DNA of 61,027 nucleotides from an uncultured Dehalococcoidales bacterium. Its GTDB lineage: Bacteria > Chloroflexota > Dehalococcoidia > Dehalococcoidales > UBA2162. Under the pieces are notes generated by a model, which was given only the letters and a program-made list of their open reading frames with translations, made no database searches and was not told where the DNA came from. A program made the translations under genes and the position numbers. The stretch covers positions 1-61,027 of the forward strand of contig CAZMUD010000002.1 in the NCBI GenBank assembly GCA_964569715.1, written 5' to 3'. Below, piece after piece: positions 54,006-61,027 of this stretch; the stretch's first letter is position 1; the number at the start of each line of letters is the position of its first letter.

Positions 54006-54929
54006 CTATAAGGGTACGGGGACTGTGTTCAGAATAGCTTCAACGCACTTTGCTGGGGAATCAGGCTCTGAGGACCGGGTTAGAATGCGGTGTCGGAGCA
54101 CTGCTGGCGATACTGCCTTGACATCATCAGGTGTGGCGAAGTCTCTACCTTCCATAGCTGCTCTAGCCTGGGCAGCCCTCTGTAGAAAGACGGCACCGCG
54201 AGGGCTCGCTCCTATGGCTATTTCAGCACTCGCTCTCATCTCAGCTACGATATTAGCAATATATTCTTTTACCGGGCGAGCAACCTCGACCATGTATATT
54301 TGGTCTTGCATAGTAGAAATGTCATCAGCGGTGAGAACTGGGTCTAGGCTTGGTTCCCCGTGTTCGTGCCGTTCCAGGATTTCCACCTCTTCCTCTCGCT
54401 TCGGATAGCCAATGCCGAAGGAGAGCAAAAATCTGTCCAGCTGGCTTTGCGGTAGAGGAAAGGTGCCATGTGCTTCAGCGATGTTTCGTGTGGCAATGAC
54501 GAAGAAGGGCTTGGGTAAAGGGTGGGCGATTCCATCAAAGGTAACACACCCCTCATCCATTGCCTCAAGTAGAGCTGACTGCGTTCGAGGGCTGGAGCGA
54601 TTGATTTCATCGGCCAGTACTATATTGGCAAAAACAGGACCGGGTATAAACTTGAAGTCACCAGCAGCCTGGTTATATATTGATGACCCGGTGATGTCTG
54701 TAGGCAGCAGGTCCGGGGTGAACTGAATACGCTTGAAGTTAGCTTGTATTGACTGCGCCAGTGCCTTAGCCAGTAATGTCTTGCCTACACCCGGAAAATC
54801 GTCCAGCAGAACATGACCCTGGCACAGCAGTCCCAGCAAACTCATTCTGATAACATCCGGACTAGCGACCACCACCTGGCGAATATTATCCACTACTGTC
54901 CGCACTTGGCTGGCTAATTCCTGGTTCAT
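54006..54929 (-). CDS. MoxR-like AAA+ ATPase
   Basis: GHVLLDDFPGVGKT Walker A, LADEINR Walker B and a C-terminal AAA lid. The start may be 54929 or 54953. Confidence 0.9.
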   Translation of the reverse strand: MNQELASQVRTVVDNIRQVVVASPDVIRMSLLGLLCQGHVLLDDFPGVGKTLLAKALAQSIQANFKRIQFTPDLLPTDITGSSIYNQAAGDFKFIPGPVFANIVLADEINRSSPRTQSALLEAMDEGCVTFDGIAHPLPKPFFVIATRNIAEAHGTFPLPQSQLDRFLLSFGIGYPKREEEVEILERHEHGEPSLDPVLTADDISTMQDQIYMVEVARPVKEYIANIVAEMRASAEIAIGASPRGAVFLQRAAQARAAMEGRDFATPDDVKAVSPAVLRHRILTRSSEPDSPAKCVEAILNTVPVPL

Positions 54930-55216
54930 AGGATGCCTGCAACTTCCTGCCATAAGATTTTTGCCACTTTGGTATCACCTCTAAATCAAGTGCCAATCAG
55001 TTTATTATACCTTGCTTTCGGGGTCAAATGAAAGGCAATCTCCCAAAGCCATGGTTTATCACTCTTACCTGTAAGAGCCCGTCTAGGCATCTACTGTAAT
55101 ATCCCGAATTTTTGAAGTAGCACAAAGTTTAATGGTATAATATGCTCAAGCAATAGGTAAATTCTCGTATGGTAGAGGATTGCGGGGGAAAAGTCGTTCA
55201 AGGAGGTGAGCCGACA

Positions 55217-55504
55217 ATGATAGTGGTAGCTGCGATGCTAAAGGCGGTCAATGGCAAGGGAGATGAACTTGAGCGGGAATTCCAGAAGCTCGTGCCCAAG
55301 GTCCTCAATGACGCCGGCGCGATAGTTTACGCCGTTCACCGCAGCGTAGATAACCCATCCAAGTTCCTTGTCTACGAAAAATATGAGAGCAATGAGGCTT
55401 TGAAGCAGCACTCTTCAACGCCGCACTTCCAAGAATTTTCCCGTGCCATCGCATCTATGTTGGATGGACGCCCCGAGGTGGGGCTCTATCGTGAGATTGC
55501 GTGA
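55217..55504 (+). CDS. Antibiotic-biosynthesis-monooxygenase (ABM/Dabb) domain protein
   Basis: 95-aa ferredoxin-like fold pattern (...FLVYEKYESNEALKQHSSTPHFQEF). AAGGAGG lies upstream of ATG 55217. Confidence 0.75.
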   Translation: MIVVAAMLKAVNGKGDELEREFQKLVPKVLNDAGAIVYAVHRSVDNPSKFLVYEKYESNEALKQHSSTPHFQEFSRAIASMLDGRPEVGLYREIA

Positions 55505-55628
55505 AGTGGCTGCACATAGTTACGAAAGCGAATACTTCTAGTATCCAACAATTAGCCACAATAGCAAGCTGAAAGGCTCCTTAGGGAGCTTCTGTAAGAA
55601 TGAGATATTTGGAGGAGGATGTCAGGCT

Positions 55629-57566
55629 ATGGCTGAATTATCACTACCATTTGAGTCCAGGTACTTTCCTTTAAAGAAGTTTTTCAATATTTACCAAATG
55701 TCCATAGAGAAGCCAGAGGAATTCTGGGAGGAACAGGCACGCCAGCTGGACTGGTTTAAGACCTGGGAAAAGGTGCTGGAGTGGGAGCCGCCTTTTGCCA
55801 GGTGGTTTGTTGGTGGGCAACTGAATGCATCATATATCTGCGTCGACCGTCATGCTAAGACCTGGCGGAGGAGTAAGGTAGCCATATACTGGGAAGGTGA
55901 GCCGGGAGATGTTAGGGTTTTAAGCTATTCGACACTATATAGTGAAGTCAATAAATTCGCTTCCATCCTGAAGAATTGTGGAGTGGGCAAGGGGGATAGG
56001 GTTGTCTTATACCTGCCAATGATACCGGAACTGCCTATTTTCATGCTGGCCTGCGCCAGGATTGGCGCCATCCATACAGTAATCTTTTCCGGGTTCAGTG
56101 CTCAAGCGCTGGCTGATAGAGTTAATGATGTTCAAGCCAAGTTACTGATAACTGCCGACGGGGGATTCAGGAGGGGAAAGGTTATTCCGCTGAAGAGCAT
56201 AGCTGATGAAGCATTGACTATGTGCCCCTCGGTGGAGAAGACTATCGTGGTCACTAGAGTCAATACCTCGGTGAGCATGAAGCAGTCAAGAGACTTCTGG
56301 CTGTATGACCTGCTCAATGAGGCAGACCCTTTTATTGAACCCGAGCCAGTGGAGTCGAACCACCCGCTCTATATACTTTACACCTCAGGAACCACAGGCA
56401 AACCTAAAGGCATTGTCCACAGCACCGGTGGCTATCTTGTCCACAATTATTCCGCCTACAAGTGGGTCTTTGACCTTAAGGAGGAATCGGTCTACTGGTG
56501 CTCGGCTGATGTGGGTTGGGTTACCGGGCATAGCTCGATAGTATACGCCCCGCTGGCACACGGGGCAGCCATAGTCATTTATGAAGGGGCTCCAGACTAC
56601 CCTTCGATTGATAGGTGGTGGGACATTATTGAGAAATACGGGGTTACCATATTGTATACCTCACCCACTGCCATCAGGATGTTTATGGGATACGGTGAGC
56701 AATGGCCAAAAAAGCATGACCTTAGCAGCCTGGAGCTACTGGGAAGTGTAGGAGAGTCGATTAACCCCGAGGCATGGCTCTGGTTCTACCGGCATATAGG
56801 TGGTGAGAGGTGCCCTATCGTTGATACCTGGTGGCAGACGGAAACCGGTGGGGTCATGATATCACCTACCCCTGGGATAGAGTGTGTCCCTTTGAAGCCT
56901 GGCTCAGCAACATTTCCATTACCCGGAGTAGATGCTGATGTAGTCGATGAAGATGGTAAGCCAGTGCCAGCCGAGGAAAGGGGCTTGCTGGTGATAAAGA
57001 AGCCATGGCCAGGAATGCTGCTTGGCATACATGGTAATCCGGAGCGCTATAAGGAAGCCTACTGGTCGCGGTTCCCCGGCATTTATTACACTGGTGACTA
57101 CGCAGTAAAGGATAAGGATGGATACTTTTGGATTCTGGGCAGGGCTGATGAGATACTAAAAGTTGCTGGACATAGAATAGGTACTGCTGAACTGGAGGAT
57201 GCCGCCGTCTCCCATCCACAGGTGGCTGAGGCAGCCGTAGTGAGCAAAGCTGACCCGGTGAAGGGTGAAAGTATCGTCATCTTTGCTGTGCTTAAAGACG
57301 GGGTCAGCTCCTCCTCAGGCTTGAGGAAGGAGTTGGCCAAGCACATGCGGGATATGGTAGGGCCGATAGCAACTCCTGATGAGGTTTATTTTGTTGCCAG
57401 GCTGCCCAAGACGAGGAGTGGCAAGATTATGCGCCGAATTCTGAAGGCGGTAGCTAATAACGCTAGTATTGGCGACCTCACCACCTTGGAAGACGAAGCT
57501 TCCGTGGAGGAGGTAATCAAGAGTTACCGGGAACTCAAGAAAGCGGGGGAAGAGGCGGGAAGCTGA
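55629..57566 (+). CDS. acs: Acetyl-CoA synthetase (AMP-forming)
   Basis: 645 aa. YTSGTTGKPKG, WWQTETGG, YYTGDYA and the SGKIMRR catalytic-Lys motif. Confidence 0.92.
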   Translation: MAELSLPFESRYFPLKKFFNIYQMSIEKPEEFWEEQARQLDWFKTWEKVLEWEPPFARWFVGGQLNASYICVDRHAKTWRRSKVAIYWEGEPGDVRVLSYSTLYSEVNKFASILKNCGVGKGDRVVLYLPMIPELPIFMLACARIGAIHTVIFSGFSAQALADRVNDVQAKLLITADGGFRRGKVIPLKSIADEALTMCPSVEKTIVVTRVNTSVSMKQSRDFWLYDLLNEADPFIEPEPVESNHPLYILYTSGTTGKPKGIVHSTGGYLVHNYSAYKWVFDLKEESVYWCSADVGWVTGHSSIVYAPLAHGAAIVIYEGAPDYPSIDRWWDIIEKYGVTILYTSPTAIRMFMGYGEQWPKKHDLSSLELLGSVGESINPEAWLWFYRHIGGERCPIVDTWWQTETGGVMISPTPGIECVPLKPGSATFPLPGVDADVVDEDGKPVPAEERGLLVIKKPWPGMLLGIHGNPERYKEAYWSRFPGIYYTGDYAVKDKDGYFWILGRADEILKVAGHRIGTAELEDAAVSHPQVAEAAVVSKADPVKGESIVIFAVLKDGVSSSSGLRKELAKHMRDMVGPIATPDEVYFVARLPKTRSGKIMRRILKAVANNASIGDLTTLEDEASVEEVIKSYRELKKAGEEAGS

Positions 57567-57661
57567 CCTCATCGTGAAAGGGTATGCTGAAGAACCCATA
57601 GAGCCGTTAAGTCCAGCTAGGTTAATTGCTGACTAATCTAATTCAAGAACAGTGCTAGCCT

Positions 57662-58210
57662 CTAGCGTTGTAGCCCGGAGGCAGCTGCTCCACCAAGCTT
57701 TCCCTGAAGCTGGATGATTTGTGCTTCAGCTTTGCCTGAGTTAACCGTCAGCAGACCTATGGTACCCAGCTCATATTTATAGCGGGGGAAAGTTGGACTA
57801 CCGGGATTTATTCGAATAATACCTTTGTGGTTTTCCAATGTGGCTTGGTGAGTGTGGCCAAAGACGACGACATCGGGGGGCTCCTCATGCTCATCCCAAG
57901 ACCATGCTTCATACTCATGGGCGAGCCAGATGGTAACTCCCTCCACAGTAATGACGTGTTTCCACTTTACACGCTTATCGTTCATTATCTCGAAGGGGTC
58001 GTCGTCACCCTCGGCTGCTAGTACCGGCGCGATATGTTCCAATTCATCCAGTATGGGAGTAGTATAGATATCGCCAGCGTGTAGAATCAGGTCAACACTG
58101 TGGAAAGCCTCCTTTATTTGAGGCGGGAGTGTATTTGCTGATAACTGACTGAGGCTGGCACGATAACCGGGAGTACGAATATGGGTATCCGAAAGTAGTC
58201 CAATAAGCAT
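57662..58210 (-). CDS. YfcE/MJ0936-family metallophosphoesterase
   Basis: LSDTH, HAGDI and VVFGHTH motifs. Confidence 0.85.
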   Translation of the reverse strand: MLIGLLSDTHIRTPGYRASLSQLSANTLPPQIKEAFHSVDLILHAGDIYTTPILDELEHIAPVLAAEGDDDPFEIMNDKRVKWKHVITVEGVTIWLAHEYEAWSWDEHEEPPDVVVFGHTHQATLENHKGIIRINPGSPTFPRYKYELGTIGLLTVNSGKAEAQIIQLQGKLGGAAASGLQR

Positions 58211-58319
58211 GGTGCTGCTAATACCCTAGCTAAACCTGGGCACTTTGTCAATCTGGTATGGAGAAAAGGGGAAGGTTTGTGTTATATTGTGTCTATATAT
58301 TTTGTTGTAGAGCTAAATT

Positions 58320-59921
58320 ATGAAAAGAATCGTATATATACTGCTCTCGGTAGTATTGATGTGCAGCCTGCTGGTGTTCTTTCTACCTACTGCTGTCTGC
58401 CAGCCAACGCAAGAAGAGGTAACATCACCACCAGCAGAGAAAGTTCTTAACCTTTATGGAAGAGACCCGCATACGCTTGACCCGGCCGTTTCCGGTGAAA
58501 TGCGCTCCCACCAATATATAATGCAGCTATTTGGCGGTTTAGTTTGCCTTGATGATAATCTGGAGCCAGCCCCAGATATAGCCCTGGAGTGGCAAGTTAG
58601 TGATGATGGCAGAACCTATACCTTCTATTTGCGGCACGATGTTAGATTTCACGATGGCAGAGAGGTTAAGGCCGAGGATTTTAAGTATTCCTGGGAGCGT
58701 GCCTGTGACCCGGCTACTGGCTCGCTGACAGCGGCCGCTTATCTTGGTGATATTGTCGGGGTAGAGGAGGTGTTAGCCGGTGAAAGCAAGGAGATTAGCG
58801 GTGTCAGGGTTATTGATGATTACATCCTTGAAGTGACGATAGATGCTCCTAAGTCCTATTTCTTATCCAAGCTGACCTATTCCACCGCCTTGGTGGTGGA
58901 TAGAGCCAATGTGCAGTCAGGAAGTGAGTGGTGGCGCAGTCCAAATGGCACCGGTCCGTTCAAACTGAGACAGTGGGATGAAAATAGCCGGCTTGTTCTG
59001 GAAAGGAATGAGCTTTATTACGGCGAGTTAGCTAAGGTTGATTCTGTTGTATTTAACCTGTGGGGTGGTGTGCCAATGAATATGTATGAGACTGGCGAAA
59101 TCGATGTCACCGAGGTCTCTCTTAATTATATTGATAGGGTTACTGATGAAGCAGGCCCCTTCTACCGTGAGTTGGTCATAGTCCCTGAGTTAAGCTTTTA
59201 CTACATTGGCTTCAATACTACCAAGCCACCGTTTGATGATGTCAATATTCGCCGTGCTTTCTCCATGGCTATAGATAAGGATAAACTGGTTTCTCTGGTA
59301 TTCAGGGATATGATGCAGCCGGCTGATGGCATCTTACCACCCGGTATGCCTGGTTTCAATGAAGACTTGGCGGGGCTGAATTATGATGTAAATAAGGCAA
59401 GGCAGTTGATTAAGGAATCTAAGTATGGTGATGTATCTCAATTGCCACCAATCACCATTACCAGCGCGGGTTGGGGTGGCTTAATACCTCAGGGGCTGGA
59501 AGCTATCGTTCATGAGTGGCGGCAGAATCTGGGGGTGGAGGTAAAGGTAAGGCAGCTAGAACCACAGAGGTTCTTCTATCACCTCAGGGAGGAGAAGGAC
59601 GAGATGTTTGATATGGGTTGGATTGCTGACTACCCGCATCCACAGAATTTTCTTGAGGTTTTGTTTCATAGTGGAACTGATAATAACTACGGCGAGTACA
59701 GCAACCCCGAGGTAGATACCCTGCTGGAGATGGCTGGTGTGGAGATGGACAGCGACCTGAGCCTGGAGCTATATCAGCAGGCTGAACAGAAGATGGTTGA
59801 GGACGCCGCCTGCCTGCCTTTATGGTTCGGCAGAAACTATATCCTGGTCAAGCCCTATGTTGGGGGATATAATATGGGTCCTCAAGGTCTGGCTATGCTA
59901 AATAGCGTCTCTATTGACTGA
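58320..59921 (+). CDS. ABC transporter substrate-binding protein, family 5 (peptide/nickel type)
   Basis: Signal peptide, LEWQVSDDGRTYTFYLRHDVRFHDG and other SBP_bac_5 signature regions. Confidence 0.88.
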   Translation: MKRIVYILLSVVLMCSLLVFFLPTAVCQPTQEEVTSPPAEKVLNLYGRDPHTLDPAVSGEMRSHQYIMQLFGGLVCLDDNLEPAPDIALEWQVSDDGRTYTFYLRHDVRFHDGREVKAEDFKYSWERACDPATGSLTAAAYLGDIVGVEEVLAGESKEISGVRVIDDYILEVTIDAPKSYFLSKLTYSTALVVDRANVQSGSEWWRSPNGTGPFKLRQWDENSRLVLERNELYYGELAKVDSVVFNLWGGVPMNMYETGEIDVTEVSLNYIDRVTDEAGPFYRELVIVPELSFYYIGFNTTKPPFDDVNIRRAFSMAIDKDKLVSLVFRDMMQPADGILPPGMPGFNEDLAGLNYDVNKARQLIKESKYGDVSQLPPITITSAGWGGLIPQGLEAIVHEWRQNLGVEVKVRQLEPQRFFYHLREEKDEMFDMGWIADYPHPQNFLEVLFHSGTDNNYGEYSNPEVDTLLEMAGVEMDSDLSLELYQQAEQKMVEDAACLPLWFGRNYILVKPYVGGYNMGPQGLAMLNSVSID

Positions 59922-59930
59922 TATAAATAG

Positions 59931-60020
59931 TGGCGGAGGGGGTGGGATTCGAACCCACGGTCCCCTTGCAGGGACAACGGTTTTCAAGACCGTCACCATA
60001 GACCTCTCGGACACCCCTCC
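59931..60020 (-). tRNA. tRNA-Ser (anticodon TGA), long variable arm, CCA encoded
   Basis: Reverse strand GGAGGGG...ACGGT-CTTGAAA-ACCGT...TGTCCCTGCAAGGGGAC (variable arm)...GTGGG-TTCGAAT-CCCAC-CCCCTCC-G-CCA. Confidence 0.88.
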
Positions 60021-60087
60021 ATAGCTTCGGTTTTTGATAATCTACCTTGACATAATTACGGATTGCTACTAATTTGCTACTAATGCC

Positions 60088-60267
60088 TTATTTTCTAGCA
60101 CTTTCATTATGCTTCAACTGCAAAGCATCGTCAAACCGCTTGGCTGCCGCTTCCTGTAATCCGGGGGATACATGGGAATAAGTATCAAGTGTGATTGCTA
60201 TTGTGCTATGACCCAGTCTTTCCTGAACTATGCGAGGGTGTACTCCCGCTTTGAGCTTCGCCGTATT
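60088..60267 (-). pseudogene. 3' fragment of a tyrosine recombinase (phage-type integrase) gene
   Basis: Reverse translation ...LNTAKLKAGVHPRIVQERLGHSTIAITLDTYSHVSPGLQEAAAKRFDDALQL... contains the C-terminal box II with the catalytic Tyr. A stop lies immediately upstream, so only about 60 codons remain. Confidence 0.8.
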
Positions 60268-60386
60268 CAGTTTTTAAGGTGCTTTTGTTTTTCTAGCTTC
60301 ATTATTGAACAAAAGACTCTTTTGTGATATGTGATAACCTAGCTGGATAATCTTCTCCTTCCCCCAGCGGGAAGATTGGCAAACAG

Positions 60387-60415
60387 AAAAAGCCTCTCAA
60401 ACAGGGAGGCTTTTT
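60387..60415. terminator. Bidirectional intrinsic terminator
   Basis: AAAA-AGCCTC-tcaaacagg-GAGGCT-TTTT. Confidence 0.6.
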
Positions 60416-60694
60416 CACATAATGAGCCTGTCGTTTAGGCAAAGACTGGCTTAACTATCTTTGAAAAGCATTCTAGCGCTTTTCGTGCCAGGTTGAACAA
60501 AACAAGCAAGTGTTACTCCAGCAACCCATTGGCTTACAGCCAACTTGATGGCTAGACTCCGCAAGAGTATCATAAAAGCCAGAGTTGCCAGAAAGTGCCT
60601 TAACTTGAAGAGAGGGAATTCGGTCCATCTGGCAGTTTCTTCTTACAAGGGGTAGATTGGCAGTTTATCCAAGGTTTTCTAGAGAGAGAGTTTC

Positions 60695-61027
60695 TTGATT
60701 AAGAAAGGAAAGTTCCCCAAGGTATTTTTTGGTTGGTGGACTGTTCTAGCTGGTAGTTTTTTATCCGCGTGGGGGATTGGCTTTCAGGTTCACGGATTCT
60801 CCGCATTGTTCCAACCTATAGCCTCAGAATTTGGATTCGGCCGGGCAGCAACATCTGTCGCTACTAGCATTGGGAGGCTTGGTCGGGGGATTGAAGCACC
60901 ACTGGCAGGGGGGCTTGTTGACAGATTTGGACCAAGGTTCTTAATTATCATCGGCATGTTCATCGCCGGTCTAGGCCTCATATTGATGAACTTCATAAAT
61001 TCGCTCTGGACTTTCTATGTAGTTTGG
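60695..61027 (+). CDS. MFS transporter (oxalate/formate-antiporter-like), 3' end outside the window
   Basis: The frame is open from TTG 60695 to the window end: LIKKGKFPKVFFGWWTVLAGSFLSAWGIGF...GRLGRGIEAPLAGGLVDRFGPRF..., a typical MFS N-terminus. It is not in the ORF track because it has no stop. Confidence 0.75.
   Translation, partial: MIKKGKFPKVFFGWWTVLAGSFLSAWGIGFQVHGFSALFQPIASEFGFGRAATSVATSIGRLGRGIEAPLAGGLVDRFGPRFLIIIGMFIAGLGLILMNFINSLWTFYVVW

Noticed and set aside
59931-60020. Could this long-variable-arm tRNA be tRNA-Sec (selC), given the selenoprotein in the window?
   Set aside because: The anticodon loop is CTTGAAA, so the anticodon is TGA (reads UCA = Ser), not TCA. The acceptor stem is 7 bp, as in ordinary tRNA-Ser.
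60790-60996. The 68-aa minus-strand ORF at the right edge.
   Set aside because: It is antisense to an open-ended plus-strand frame that encodes an obvious MFS transporter N-terminus.
1-61027. I looked for CRISPR arrays, rRNA genes, intact IS elements or transposases, toxin-antitoxin pairs and known defence-system signatures.
   Set aside because: No regularly spaced short repeats, no rRNA-like sequence, no transposase-like ORF and no recognisable defence or TA gene pair were seen. The only mobile-element trace is the integrase fragment at 60088..60267.

Overview
This 61-kb window looks like chromosomal DNA from an anaerobe. My guess is a monoderm Chloroflexota/Dehalococcoidia-like organism, inferred from gene content only (low confidence). 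All calls come from reading the sequence and the ORF track; no database search was run.

Left to right:
- 1-2.3 kb: the 3' part of a formate-dehydrogenase-alpha-like molybdoenzyme.
- 2.4-3.9 kb: hisS and tRNA-Lys.
- 4.8-5.6 kb: an orphan OmpR-family response regulator.
- 5.8-14.3 kb: a secretin-less type IV pilus operon.
- 14.6-21.4 kb: a minus-strand sulfur-mobilisation / Fe-S block (TusA, DsrE-like, IscU, two NifS, NIL-domain protein, CysK, Rrf2).
- 21.8-27.3 kb: a complete fdhABC-fdhE operon. Its FdhA is split in the ORF track by an in-frame TGA that I read as selenocysteine.
- 27.5-38.4 kb: a divergent acyl-CoA / aldehyde / alcohol catabolic cluster.
- 38.5-49.2 kb: an accessory-looking stretch with a repeat-containing surface protein, gene relics, unknown secreted proteins and a five-gene kinase/receiver cluster ending in a tandemly duplicated OmpR-type regulator.
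- 49.5-61 kb: MFS transporter, MoxR-DUF58-transglutaminase operon, acs, an ABC substrate-binding protein, tRNA-Ser with an integrase relic, and a second MFS gene cut by the window edge.

The most interesting signal is a 66-nt promoter/operator architecture with pho-box-like TTGTGAT direct repeats. It occurs four times and aligns without gaps. It sits upstream of the orphan regulator, the pilus operon, an unknown secreted protein, and a decayed regulator paralog. This suggests an undescribed cell-surface regulon.

Other notable points:
- a recombination scar among regulator paralogs;
- a large pilus-operon protein with two tandem beta-rich modules;
- a Cys-to-Asp variant of the FdhA Fe-S motif, and a terminator in the fdhA leader;
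- relics of iscU, a [NiFe]-hydrogenase, TatD and an integrase.

No CRISPR array, rRNA or intact mobile element was seen.
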